Notes under the pieces: model-generated | The model's database searches: none | What the model saw: only the letters and a program-made list of their open reading frames with translations | Told to the model about the DNA's origin: nothing | Made by a program: the position numbers and the translations under genes | Shown: one piece after another, positions 14,254 to 27,920 of the stretch | Layout of the letters: each line of letters starts with the position of its first letter | Position numbering within the stretch: the first letter of the stretch is position 1 | Source of the DNA: Raillietiella orientalis | Taxonomy: Eukaryota | Assembly: GCA_036172245.1 (NCBI GenBank) | Contig: JAYWIR010000005.1 | Location: 3,968,001 to 4,032,000, forward strand | Direction: 5' to 3' | Length of the DNA stretch: 64,000 bases

Positions 14254-17200
14254 ATGATCAATGCATTCAAAAAACTCAAAAAGAAATCAGAATCAGAAGT
14301 GTGTGGTCCACCACATGGTCTTCAATGCATGCCAGCATCATTGCAAAGGAAATTTGCCAATGGTGTACAGTACAATTGTAAGAATTTTTTGAGCTCACAA
14401 TAAGCAAACAGCAAATTACATATTACATACGTTATTAGCATCTTCATATTACACACAACACAGCCATTCTGGTAAGAATAACTGAGTACACTTCATATGA
14501 CATGAATGCTATGATAAAAATCAAATATGTTATCATCCATGGTTTAAAATATTGAGCTTAAAATATTTAAGATTTCTGCTTTGTTGAGTTTTGATTTTAA
14601 TTTGTGTTCCCAATTTTTATTCCTTCTGCACCGTAATTCAAGGAAAGTTGTAGTGATTTTTTCCAGATTTCTGACAGCAGTGTTTAGCTAAAAGTGGTTT
14701 ATGTTGAAAGTCGCTTTAAAGAAAAGGATCTTATTAGATGAGCTCAGCAAAAACAGTCAACTATATTGAAGTTGTTAAGCATTTAGTGTTACATTTTGAA
14801 ACTGTTCGAATAGTTGATTGGGATTTCGAAAGAAAGAAAGTAGATATGAAAAAGGAGAAAGAGATTTGATGTGATTATGCGTGAATGCAACATTTTGTGG
14901 TGGTGGTTGTTTTCCTGAGAAAAAAATACACAAGATATGTTGTTTTTTTGGCATTGAAGAAAAGTGTAAGCAAATGAGCTTTGTTACTTTTATGCATTTT
15001 TGTAACTTTTTTGTGTTGCTTCTAATTTTGGTTTAGTATGGGTTGGTTATGGTGGAGTTACCAGATGGTTTGTTTGGTAGGTGATTTATAGAAAATTTTT
15101 TAATTTTTATGTAGTGTTAATTTAATTGTTAGGGAATGGGTTAATTTAATGAGTAATGGGATGTGAATGGAGTATAGTGTAAAGGGAATGTTAATGGATT
15201 AGAAAAATTTTGTTATAGTAGCATTCAGTTATGGATTTATTTGGAGAGTAAGTTTGATAATTATATATTTTACTTTAATGTGTGTTGGAGTATGTGATTG
15301 GGTAAGGGATGGTTTATTAGTTTGGAAGTTTAGGTTGATGTTTATTTGGAGTTTATTGGGGTTTGTTAACTTCTGTTTTTAATAATAAATAGTACACATT
15401 TATTTGGGGTAGAAGTCCATAATATCATATAATATGATGCGAGCATTTCCATTTTAAAAAACTTATGCGATTGTCTTCATTTCTTGGAGGCTATTTTCCA
15501 CAGTTGGAAATGTTACAAATAAAGAAACGACGTAATTTTTTTTCCGACTTTATTTTTTTCAAGTTGGAAAATGAGTTTTATTATTAACTAATAGAATAGC
15601 GTGAACTAATCTTCCTAGAGAACCAAAAATGAACCACAAGAAAGATTCTCAGCAATAAGTTCATATTCTGGACATTGTTTGTGTTGTTGAGAAAGAGAAA
15701 GTCATTCTAATTTAACTGATCTGTTAGTCATATTTTTAATTTTTTGTCTGTACAGTGTGGGTCACAATACCAGTGCAAAAGAAACTGCTATGATGGCTCA
15801 ATAAAATAGTGTTGCAAATAGGTTTGACACTATCCTCAAAGCCTAATGTTTTTTGTTCTGTTCAGTATTCATTCTACTTAATTTTCAAAGAAACTAGGGA
15901 TTGTATCACACAAGGTCTCGAGGTTGCTTGAGTTTCAGGCATTTATGTTGAGAGATGACACAAGTTTATAAATCTTGTATGTGTTAATGAATATTTACCT
16001 TAATTCCACGGAGTTACAATTAAAGACTATTCAATAGCTTGTGAACATAGTCATTCAAGTAACATCAGTAATCATTAGATAGTAACGTATTGTCTTAGCA
16101 ATATGTTTCACACATATAGCTTAAAGTCGAGAGGTTTTTTAAGAATAAATATAATCATCATATTATTTGCATAATACCTGTTGCATGTATGATAGTGGCA
16201 TCAATTATCAGGTGCATACCAGAAGAGCACATTAAAACACAAAAATTTATATTAGTAAAATAAGTTATAAAAAAAAAAACGTTCATGTGAAAAAACAACT
16301 TCTGATAAGATTAGATAGCAGGATAATTATAATGAAGTTTATCAGAAAACTGGATAATTATTCAATGTGTATCTTAATCTTCATAAACGTGGGATGTTTG
16401 GAGACATTAGATTTCGCCAATTCTATTTATTCTGAACCTTGATGTGATTTATAAATAATTCAGAAGTTATCTTGAGTATGTTCATATTCAGTAGTTGTGA
16501 ATGTGCGTTTATGCATATCCATAAGGACTTTTAACATTTGGATGTTTCAAACAGAAATTCAAAGATTAAGGTTGCCCATATTTTGGAATTTTTGGGTATT
16601 AGAATAATCATTACTTAATCTCATTTGCCCAATCAGATGGAAGTGTAAGTTTAGGTAAATACTGATCTTAATGCTTTTATATTTTACCAAATTTATTTTC
16701 ATCCAATTAAAAAAATCCTTATCCAGAAATTATATCTAGAGCATCACAGCTTATGGGTGAAGAATATGTAAAATTTTGTCTGTTGAATGGAAATTTAGAA
16801 ATGATTAGCTTAGAACACCATTACAGAGTTTTCTTGAGTGCAGAAACGAAGAAAATGGGTTCACCAAAAATGGAAAATTCTAGGCTTACTCAAAGAAATT
16901 CATCATGACATTAGAACCATTTGATTGTGCTCCACTTTGTTCCAATTTCTGCTTTCTTTTAATAGCGTTATGCTTGGCATGTGTAAAAATTTCCATGATA
17001 ATCTTGAAAGAGTTGAAATTACAGGTGTAATATGACAGATACCCTTTGCTGCCTGGTGGGTTATTAATTATGTATTTATTTGTTGTTGTTTTGTAAGATA
17101 ACCAATTATGACAAATCAACTCATTATTATTAGCAATTTTTTCAAAATTTGTGTTTAGTATTGCCATTTATTTTAGTGAAAATAATAATAAAAGGTGATC

Positions 17201-18531
17201 GTAATGTTGGCAAGACATGCCTGTTTCATAGACTTCAGGGTTTGTCATTTGTGGAGGAATATATCCCAACTGAAGAAATACAGGTTGTTACTGCTTTGAA
17301 GTGCAAACAAGTGAGTTAGTTGCAGGTAGCCAGCATACATTGGAATTATAAAACATCAGATGATGTTGTTAAAGTAGAGGTATGGGATATTGTTGATAAA
17401 GGTGTGCAACAGAGGAAACACATTGGACTGAAAATTCATAGTAAACAAGCGTTATCTCTTGTGAATTCAGCTTTGGATGCTGATTTTTTAGATGTTTACA
17501 AAGGTACCCATGCAGTAATTTTAATGCTAGATATTACCAAGCGTTGGTATGTTTTTATGTTTCTGCCAGTAATTTTACATATTTGTCTATAGGACCTTTG
17601 ATTATGTTTGTCGAGAGTTACCACAGGTTCCCTCTTCAATTCCAGTACTAGTGTTTGCAAATCATTATGATGGAGATCACAAAACAATAACCAAAAAAGA
17701 AATTCATGATTTGATTGAAAGAATAGCGAAGTAGGCAATTACCATTTTTTAAAACTATTTTTATATTAAGAATGTGAAGTCATCTAAAAAGAGCGTATAC
17801 AGTGACCCTAAGTAGAAATTTTGTTCTATTTCAGCTCCAGAAATGCAAGCATACACTTAGCAGAGGGATCAATGAGAAATGGCTTTGGATTACGATTATT
17901 ACATAAGTTTTTAGGCTTACCATTTTTAAAATTACAGCAACAAACATTGATGAGACAAATAGAAGCAAATGCTTGTGAACTGAAATTGATGGAAGAAGAA
18001 TTGGATATTTATCAGAATAGTGAAGAATGTGATTATGACTGCTTTCTACGGCGTTTAGTTAATTACAATCAAAATACTTTAAATGCAAAACAGAATAAAG
18101 AAGATCCTAAACCTCAAAACGTGAAAGATGTTTCTTTGCCTCCACCTAAGCCTGAAGTGCTTCCTGTTCCTCAAACACTAATGCTCTCAAATTTTTCACA
18201 AGAGAACCAACAAAACATTTGTGTTCCCAATAAACAAACGAACGAATCATCCACTATTGTAACACAGAAAAAAATGCCTCTCGGCATATCTTCAGTTCTT
18301 CCACAGTCAAGTTTGCCCAGTGTAGATGATTTCCAACCAGAAGAATCATTATTTGATGAATCTGTATTGAATGAGTTTCTAGAACGTCCCACTGCAATTT
18401 CTCAGTGGACTAGTCCATCGCCACCGTCCATACAGGCTGATGATGACAGTGACGTTGATGAAAGAAATCCCGATGTACTAATTGTTCAAGAAGATTTTGA
18501 TCCAGAAGATGCCATTAACACAGCGATGTGA
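14254..18531 (+). CDS. RABL6: Rab-like protein 6 (RABL6/RBEL1/PARF); exons 14254-14377, 17177-17283, 17326-17546, 17593-17730, 17835-18531
   Basis: The spliced product reads MINAFKKL...[34 protein letters not shown]...[34 protein letters not shown]...[12 protein letters not shown]...[23 protein letters not shown], all characteristic RABL6 motifs. The introns are GT-AG and in phase. The first coding exon is missing from the ORF track. Confidence 0.92.
15030..15373 (+). other. Extremely C-depleted G/T-rich tract, candidate mitochondrial insertion (NUMT, nad4L/nad4-like) inside RABL6 intron 1
   Basis: Only 3 C between 15063 and 15369. In the invertebrate mitochondrial code one frame gives a hydrophobic peptide containing GVCDWVSDGLLVW, reminiscent of the ND4 N-terminal GCDxLSyGLilLsfW. 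Confidence 0.4.
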
Positions 18532-19019
18532 TTTGTGACTTTTTTATTCAGCAACCCATGAGCATCAGTGAACAGTATCAGTGAAATTCCTTGAGTTCAG
18601 AAACACCAATTTGAAATTTCAAGTTAGTATATATGGAAATCAATCATTTTAATCTGTGTAAACTTTTAATTAGATGTATGACATTTAAAAGCATCTTGTA
18701 ACGAATAGTCCCGTTTAAATGTTCCCGACGGACAGAGAATCATCGATATGTGTGCCAATTTTTTTTATTGACGATATGAATTGACTGGGAAACATGCAAA
18801 TTATCAAAATAAAATACATTGGATGGTTGACGACCAAATAAAGAATAGTTCATTTGTGAATTACAATAGACGACAAAGGAAGTGAACGAAATTTCATCGT
18901 ACCCTACTTCTGTACAATTGCAAGCTTTCAGGCGACTGAAGGATGAAAAGTTAAAGATTTTTATGAGTTCAATTCTTGTTGCGGTGATTTTATTGAAACT
19001 ATTTTATTTCGACCCTACG

Positions 19020-22000
19020 ATTTCCCAATTATAAACCAAGAAAAGTTCATTTTCCCACCGAACTCACGGTAGGTCGCGTTCAGAATGCTTTCCGTCCTCT
19101 GGGCACAGTGCAGGTGACTGTGGAGAAGTCCTGGGTTGATCACTAACGAGATTCCTTGTGCCACTTGCATTCTCAGGAACAAAATGGGCCCATCGGGAAG
19201 CATGTTTATAAACATAATGATTAAGGGTTCTCATTTCATTTATGCATGTGATTTTCATTTTTCCGTATGTGTTGCACTCGAGCTGTTCAACTGTACACAT
19301 ACTCTGGCTCGTTACATGAGAATTGTTCATGGAAGGTGTGACTGAAACGGAACTCCAAAACCGGGAACAAGTAACCTGCTCCTTGCCACCAAATGCAAGA
19401 AACTCTTAATTGTACGGCTGTAAAACAGATCAAACCAGAGTAGGGTTTCCGGATCAACTCATCGATCAGCACCTGCCTTCGTTTCGAGTGCATCCGAATT
19501 GCATGTCCTCGTAATTCCCATTCACAGTTGGTAAAATCTCAATGACGTTCCTGTGAAATGAGAGCAGCTCCGAAAACAAAAGAAAAAAATTTATGTGTTG
19601 TGAACGCCAAAGCGTGCTCAAAAGATGGCACCCCTGCAAACCTCACTTCGTGTGGTTCTCAGTCGATCCCAATAGGCAAAACCATAGCTGCTCGTCAGGA
19701 TTGAAAGTTTCGGATCTCCAGCTCAAGTCAAGCTTTGGGATGCTGTTTTACAGTTTGCAAATCCAGCAGAGGATAGCTATACTCGTGCTTTTTTCAAAAG
19801 TTGAATTTTCAGTAACTCGCCGGACCAGCTTAATGATTGATGGGATCGATCTTCGTATGTCATTTTTATTGCATACAGGGAATAGGTAGATAAACAAAAA
19901 AGAAATCTCAAAGTCCAAAAGTAGCTTACAGACGTAGGCAGAAGCCAATGGGGTACTTCAGTTTGAAGCAACATGAGTCATCGGTTCCTCTTTGCTGATT
20001 TCTAGTCTTATCCTTTTAACTATTTGGCAGTCTTCACACATGTAACAGTTCCTGTTAATTAAGAGCACTGCTACGACAAAGCATCATGGTAAAAATGCTA
20101 TTCTTGGCACTGGGTCCCGGCACAAAATCAGTCTTAAAGAATTAAGGGAAAAACTAAAGCAAAAGTTGATCAAAGTGCACTCACTTCGTATGCGAGTTCT
20201 CCAGCCATACTAATGGTAGTTTATTCAATTAAACCACAAGCAAACACAATAAAGTACAAAGAGAAAGACGCAAAGTAAAACAGCAGGTGTCTACGTTCAC
20301 TCCGTGTGTCACTAAATTAACTTCAATGAGAGAGGTTTGTGTACATGTACTGCAATCAATACAATATCCGTCCCTTTCTCAAGTTTCGAGACAATGTCCA
20401 AATTACAGGTGGGCTATTGGACGGAACAAATAGATCGCCGTCGTATAACCAGGTCATGGGGACCATCATTGCCTTCTTTATTAAAAATACTCTTGATAAA
20501 AATCACGAAAATGAGAAGAGAGGGATCCCAGTATGACAGATACTGGTAAACATATGGCTCCATTGAAAAAGGAAACAGTGTCCAAGGCTGCTGGAACGCT
20601 TCCGCGTGGACCCATCATTACATCCTGAAGAAAGTCCATCAAGCAGTCCCCAAATGGAAGATTCTCAACGAGAGAAGTAAACGAAGAAACGCACAGGACC
20701 TGTAGGCAGCCTGCATCTACAACTTGATTGCATTGTAATGCGTCGATGCATTACTTTGGAGTGTAGTTGAATGAATTGCCTCATTGCTTGTCGATTGAAG
20801 AAAACGGAAACGTTCACACCATAACATTCTTCCTTCGTATCAACAAGTCTGACAACTGTGCTTTGCTGGTGAACACGAATGCAGTACAATGCATTTCCTG
20901 AATCACACCTTTTGCAACTTTCATCTTAATCTTAAATGCATGCTTCATCTGTTCCTTGGATGCGGTCCATTTTACTTTGCGAATGAATTTCTAAAGGAAT
21001 TTTCCAAAAGTCTGTCAACGATGCGAGTGTCATTCTGATGAATCCATTGTGATATAACTCTCGATTCTCACCTAAACTACTACTGCTACTATGCATTTGC
21101 TATTTTCTCTCGAAACGCAATGAGGATCTGCATAACAGTCCATCTTCTTGTTTTCCCAGTGCGATTCAAAAATCATTGTAATTCTCTCCATTCTCTTTCT
21201 CATCCCGTTTGCTGAATCGAGCGCTGAAAAAAAAGGAAGAAAAGAAGAAGAAAAGAAAACGCAGTTTGTGATGGAAAGGCACTTTGCTATCGTCGAAGCG
21301 CAGCTGCTTCAGATTCTGTTTCTGACAATCTGTACTTTTCTTTATGACCTATTTTTGTATCCGATTGCATTCTTCAAGAAAGCGATCCGAGAAATTCTAT
21401 CCATGTTTTTTTTTTTTTTTTTCCCTTTTGCATTTCGAAGGAGAAAATGCACGTGCACGATCCTTAGTGCGTAAAAACACATAGCTGGCCGAAGTGTTCT
21501 GTTTCATGACTGCATTACTCAGGGTGCTGTGGCAACGCAGGTGAATGGATGAAGAGAAAATAAATTATTCAAGGGCGCAGGGTGTGTCTGACTGATTCGT
21601 GCGTAAGTCTAATCGCCAACGGCAGTTCTTCGTAAAAGACTGGCTACTTTCAGAATGACTCATCGAAACCGAAGTGGCTTTCAACTGGGACCACTGATGG
21701 TTTTGTGATTAGTTGTTACTTGTTATTCAGTTTCAGTGCATGCCGTTGCAATTATCGTTACAGCTTTTCTATCTGTTCATTTTAAAGTCCTGTGAAAAAG
21801 ACCAGTGAGACGAACGTTAACACTTACGATACAGCAAGTCCTCAGACTTTTTTCTGTAAAAGAAGTTCATGCGGTTTCAAAAAACCATCTTGTGCCATTA
21901 GCCTTAAGGCGTACTCAACTCTGAAAGAGAAAAAAACAACATTGCCAACTGATTACATTTTCTCCCCACGAGATATAATCGAAGCATTTGCTACTCAAAT

Positions 22001-23320
22001 CTACTGCGACCAGTGGCCAGCGTTTGCACGTCCGCTTCTTCACAGGCCATAGCAGTCTCGGAGAATATTGAAATTCATTGTGATCCATGGCTTCTCTAGA
22101 GTTCCATAAAGCTACAAAAGACTGCGCTCCAGACCAAGCGGAAAACAGTGACCCTTCGAAGAAATAGAAGAAAAACGTCCAGCTAATTGATCTGCGATAT
22201 GTTCAACTTTCAAAAGAAACCAGTGTATCCACTTGACACTTTTGATTACTGTCAGGTCAAAGAAATCGTGAACTTCTAATGAAAAATCATTCAGAAAGGA
22301 AAAAGAGTACGAAATGAAGGGAGAATGAAAAAAAATCACCACGTTCAAATACAACGAAGAAGCTGCATGAAAGACTGCAGCTGCAGTTTACTTCGCCTAC
22401 TTGTGGAATGCATTTCTCTCAATCTCGCAAATCTCGAAATTCTACATGTCAATGAAAACAGCTCATCCCAAAATCTCTTGGACAATAAACCTCAAATTTT
22501 CGAGGACGAGCAATGCTGTTGGCTAAAATTGGTGAGAAACGGTCTCTTGTTGCTACCACCCTCTTGTTGCCCATGGAGACACCGTTCTTCAAAGACATGA
22601 AGAACTACGCCAAGATAGCAGCCTGAATCGAAAGAATTGGGTCTCTTATGGCTCCGAATTTGAAATGGGAGTCTAAAAATGGAGATAAACCCTTGGTTTT
22701 TGATAAGGGAGTTGCCCGTGGAAAAAGTTTCCCTAATTTGGTGTTCAGAAGAAAGGCCGACTTGACAGTGTTCTGAAACACCGTTCCCAGAGGCAGATGT
22801 TGGCAGGATGCTGCAACTCACTGTAATCGGTGCTGGTTTCATTAACTCAAATTCAAACTGTGTCTGGGAGCCATAATTTTTCTGACAGCTTTCAGAGATA
22901 ATTCAGCATTACTACTTGATTGCTTCGGAGAGTTGGGTTTGTCAGTTGCTTCAAAGGAAATTGGAATCTAGACTTGGAACATCGACCAGAAGCTCGGAAA
23001 ACATTTCTGGAAAACTGTCGGAATTCACAGCCACATTCCGTTTGTATCTGGCAGTGATGTGCATCCATGTTAGTACTGAACATTGCGAATATTCGAGATC
23101 CAGCTCCGAGCTGACACGTGTCAGCGCGAGGAAGAATTACTTACATCCCTCAAGCAGTGAAGGACACGGAGTTTGCAGTTCATTCACAATGTGCGTGATG
23201 TACTGAGTCAAGAAAGGGAAGCTTCTGGAAAGTGGATCCATCATTACAGGACGGGCACAGAAATGCGTCCGATATCCTGAATTAAGAGTTACTTGGAAAA
23301 CACTGAGAGACTTGAAAGAT
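19020..23320 (-). mobile_element. Highly decayed BEL/Pao LTR-retrotransposon pol relic (protease-RT-RNase H-integrase)
   Basis: Motifs occur in the expected order on the minus strand across frameshifts: QTECG (T.lGW, ~23040), FRLPFQ...NSFD (~22660), LSDLLIR and RFF...NLPFG (~20850-20650), LYDGDLF (YVDD site, ~20440), QLLKKARV..SIPKLDL (KsRVaP..tIPrLEL, ~19800-19730), IWWQGAGYL (lWw.GP.fL, ~19390) and a His-rich integrase zinc finger (~19130). No LTRs were seen. Confidence 0.6.
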
Positions 23321-24213
23321 ATGAAAAAACATCCAATTACTGGTGTATACTTATCTGAATCCGTATTACTGATGTCAGTACTTAAAGCGATCTATCAGTT
23401 CTCAGAGATCTATCGTTCTATCAGTCTCACAGAGACTGATAGAACAGATGCAGGTGAGACTGACCTTCAAGAACCTCGTTGCTCATCCCCTTGAATCTTC
23501 TTCCCAGACAAACTTTTCCATCTAAAGGGCTTTTTACGCTGCCAATCAGGAAAACTTCCGGTAAATGCTAAGGAGTCGTCGCTTTGTAGACTAAGAAAGC
23601 GTTTGGTATTCAAAATTAATGGAATATTCTTCAAAAATTATGATTTTTCTTCTATTTCGAAACTGACGTCCCGAGAACCCGGACGGCTAAGAAAGACTGC
23701 CAACTCGCAAATGCTTCCGCTTATTCCTTCACATCTCATGCAGTTTTCTTAAATACATATGCTAAGATGCTTGTGCTTTCGCAAGTGGAATCTTCCGACA
23801 ATCCTTTCTGGCAATCTGACATCTGGAAATCGACTTTGAAAATCTGGAAATAGAAAAAAAAATTCCATGGGCAAGAATTTTCAGCTGTTTTCATTTTAGG
23901 CCCACCTGGAAACGAAATGTGGAACGAGTAAACTGGAAAATAAAAAGCACAGGAATATGATGCATGGAACAAGCAGGCAGTTGCCGATAAGTCGAAGAAA
24001 TCTGGGACTCCACGGTTCCATTCTAGAGATGAAAGGATCAAGAGCCATTTCCTGGAACCCAGTTCCAAATTAGAAATAGACAAACTTGCGATGAAGACTT
24101 GGAACATCGACCAGACGCTTTGAAAGTATTTCCGGAAAACTTGGAATTCACAGTCAGCCACATTCTGTGTGCGTCTGATGATGATGTTCAGCCACGTTAG
24201 CACTGAGCACTTG
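22974..24213. repeat. Diverged ~110-bp direct repeat, copies at ~22974-23084 and ~24100-24213
   Basis: Both copies begin ttggaacatcgaccaga and continue ...ggaaaact..ggaattcacag..ccacatt...gatg...cca.gttag.actga.ca. Probably two fragments of the same Pao family. Confidence 0.75.
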
Positions 24214-24399
24214 AAGAAGACAACAAACTTTGAGTTTCCGCTTACCGCCTAGAGCTGAATCCAAAAGAAATTTGTTATTTCAGAGGCGTGGAATGCATTC
24301 ACCGTTTCAAACGCGTTGCACAGTTCAGCTGCGGCAGAGTGTGGATTTTTTTTCCGAAACTTATTTTGGAAACAGATTGCGTCCATCCGAAACATCGAA

Positions 24400-24955
24400 G
24401 GTGACAAAGAAACGAACTGTCGTTTGGCAGCATGGCGGAGAGTCGTGTTCTGGAGGCCCTTGACTCGGCCTACAGGAGCGGCAGCAAATTATTCGATCGT
24501 CTGGGAACTTTTCCTTCAGCTGGCAGGAGCAGCTTATGAATGCGATCGCTTATCCGAGACTCCTTACAAGGGTCAGAAAAGCAGCAGCTGCATTGCGGAG
24601 GACCGAATCAACACGAGCTCATTTCGTGTGGACGAAGCTAATACATGAAAGGTGTCCGATTCTTCTTCCAAGCTGCAGAGTATTGACGTGCCCCAACACT
24701 TTGGTTCTGTTCTTATTTATCTGTTTGTTTGTTTGCGGAACTGAGAGTTCGGGAGATGCAGCGAAGACGTTGATTTCCAACACCTCTAGAATGATCGCAA
24801 AGCGGACTGGAGGCGCAGCAAGCAAGTAGTCCTCTGGCATCCGCCATTGTCCTTGTAAGTGCTGCCAGAATATCGGAGAAACTGCGAAGACTGACGAAGA
24901 TGACATAGGTCTTTCGAACTTTCCTGCTTTCCTCTTTACGGAGCTCGCTTGTTCC
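24400..24955 (+). mobile_element. Possible inverted BEL/Pao gag-protease fragment
   Basis: LASAIVLVSAARISEKLRRL...RTFLLSSL resembles the Pao aspartic peptidase (vLLaTa.V.v....R.llD.GSq.tFi). It is frameshifted and the similarity is weak. Confidence 0.3.
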
Positions 24956-27920
24956 AAGAAAAACAAAACAAAAGCAATATATAAGTACATAAGGGTATTC
25001 GTATTCATCCGTTTCACAAATAAGCTAGGGGAATAACAAAAAATAGTTAAAAAAACATTGCCCTTATGATGAATAAGGAGGGCTAAAAAAATTAAAGAGT
25101 CGGAAATGATGAATACTAAAATATTGCTTCTATAATTGAAAAACAATGGATAAATACATAATGAAAATAACGCATAAGCGATAATAAATGAAAAACATCC
25201 TGCCTGTAATAAGTAAAAAGATAACTAAATGGAGATTGTGGAAATTGGAATGATAAGAATGTAAAATTATTCATAATCAAAATGAAAAAAGGTATCGGAA
25301 TTAATAAATAACAAAAAATATAGCTTGCAAAGGAATCAGTGGATAAATAGAGAGAATAAAAATAAGAAGGAACCACAGATAATAAAAACTAAATAAAAGT
25401 CCTTGCACCTACTGTCGTAGGAGTCACATTCTTTGCCTGTTGCATGAGGATGCCAGAATCGGCCTTTCACCTGGCCTACAGGACACGGAAGGAAGAAGCT
25501 TCAGCACGCTGGGTCGCAGTCCCCATAGCCGGCTGACCCTGGCTGCCTGAGGCTCAAGTGAGGGCACAAGAAAGCCACGGATCGGTTCGTGGTGCAGAGC
25601 CACCTTTCTTCCCTCGCGCGCCGGACGCTTCCGCATTTTCGTGCAGGGCTGGGCTGCCCGGCGTGCCGGATCCTTGCGTCTTGCTGCTGCAAGAGACCCC
25701 TCCTGAAGGCGTGCGAGGAGATGAGCGTTGGCGAAGAGGCGGAGACATCTTCGCCATAGGCGGGGCTAGAGCTGCCCGCGGCCGAGAGGGGAAGAGCCAG
25801 TGAAGAGTCGGTATGGAATCCTTCCTTCCCGGCAACCCCTTCGTCTCTGAAGGCATCTAATGGCTGAAGAGGTCTGAAGGAGGACAACTGCGGGAGGAGA
25901 CAAGGAAGCGAGGTGCGGGGGGCGCCAGGTCATGGCGGCTGCGCCAAGGTCTCATCGACGGGGGCTACGGAAAAGATCGCTGTGGGGGAAGAGCTGCTCC
26001 GGTGGGCCGAACTTCCTTCCGCGCGCGCTCTTGGAGGGACAGGTGACGACTCTTCCCTCCAGACCTCCGGAAGGGCCACCCTTCTTCCTGAGCTGGGCCT
26101 CTCGCGCCCCTTCGCTGACTGTGGACGCCTAGAAACGCCTCCTAGGGTTAAAACTCCTCGCCAGAATGTAGAACGGTTGAGTACGGAGGCCTCCACAGGC
26201 AGTAGCCTGAGAAAAGAGCACCGGCTCGTTCCTCCCCATAACGGGAGAGCCACCTGGTGGAGCCTCTCCATGGGAGGCGCTTGATCGCAGCTTCCCTCGG
26301 CTCCACTTCGGGAAGCGAAGTTCCGGAGTGGGAGGAAGAGAAAAAGGAGGAAGGACTTTCCTCTCTTTCTCTCGGAGCTGAGAGCTTGTCCTGACCTTTC
26401 GAAGAGCGATTGACCTGAGGGCTGATGTTCAGACTCCCTCACGCAAGTCCTGACGACCGTCCCCGACTCGCCAAAGTCTGCACTCTTGACCCATTCAGGA
26501 GTTACCAGTCTAGCTAGAAACTCCGGGGCCAGGAGCACTCCCGGATGACCTCGCTCCTGCGCCCTCCTTTTGACTTCGGTCTCACGCTCTATTTTGAAGG
26601 GGAACCACTCCCACCAGACCCTTCCCACCGCTAGGCCGGTGATGGAGTCTCGGCTGGAGGTGGAACGACGCGCGGGAGAGGCCCAGGAAGGTGATAGCGT
26701 GGGTGGTTCCCACTCCCACACTCTCTCGCGCCGTCTGCCGGAGCCGTAGGGTCACGGAGTGCCCGCACGCTGCTGCGCCTCCGTGCAGAAGCTGCCTCTC
26801 GCCATGGCAGTCCCGTTGCCCACGATCCCTGCCTGCCTCCTCCCCGTCTCACCCCCACCCGCATGTCCCAAGCCACAGCTGTACGATTGACGCCGACTTT
26901 TCCACAAAGCGCCCCTCTCTAGGAGGAGAAGGCGGACCAGGAGGGGCAAGGGGTGCTTCTTTCTCCCAAGAAGGGAAGGTCCCTCGCAAACCTCTTCGTC
27001 CAGGAGAGTCTTAAACGTCTCCGTTGATGGGCCCGTCGCCGGTGGAACCGAAGCGGAGAGGTGAGGTGCATTGAAGAGGGAACAGGCGCGTAGGGGTGAG
27101 GTGGAGAAAAGGTAGGATGAGGAGGGCAGTCCAACCTTGTATGGAAATGATGACAGCATGGGTGGGAAAGAGAGGAGATGCGGAGAGGATGTCCCTGTTT
27201 TCTCTGTCGGGATCGCTCGCTGAAGGTCTCTGGAAGTCGAACCTTCGGATTGACCTGCAACCACACTGGATAGGAGTCTCCTGGGCTAGGAAGAGGGTGA
27301 TATGTGCCTCTCTGGATCCTGCGAGGTCGCTCCCTTTCCTCTGCAAGTCTTTCCCCTGGTTCTGTTCTCCCAAGAGGGGAAGAAGGGAAGGGACCATCAG
27401 CCGCGGCTGCGTCGAGGGCTCTGGAGCCTTGGGGATGCCTCAAAGGGGTCTTGCAAGGGTGTCCAAGGCACCTGGCGGAGAAGATTTCCAAGGCAGGGAT
27501 CCTCCGTCCCCTCGACCCTCCCTGGACCAGCTACAGTCAGAGGGAAGAGGACACCCTCGAGCCGCTTGGCCTGAAGAGTGCCCAGTTCCCCTCAATCGAG
27601 TCCCGGGTGCGGTCTTCTCCGAGAATCCTCCCCCCCCCATCCCCATCCCTGCACAGTAACAAGGTCGTTGGACTTCTTCCCTCGAGAGGTGTGCTCTTTC
27701 AGCTACACTCAGGATTCGGCGTCCTTCCTGGGCCCTAAGGCGTGTTTCCCGAGTGCGACCGGAGGGGACCGCGTTGCTGTCCTCGGCTGGAGGGGAGGGT
27801 AGGGAAATTGGGAGAGGGGGGGTAGAGCGAGGAGGGTGGTGTCTTCGGGAAGGACAGGTGATGTCGCAGCGATTGGCCAGCGTGGACTCTCGGGTGCGTC
27901 CAGCCGGTCCCGAGAGCTCC

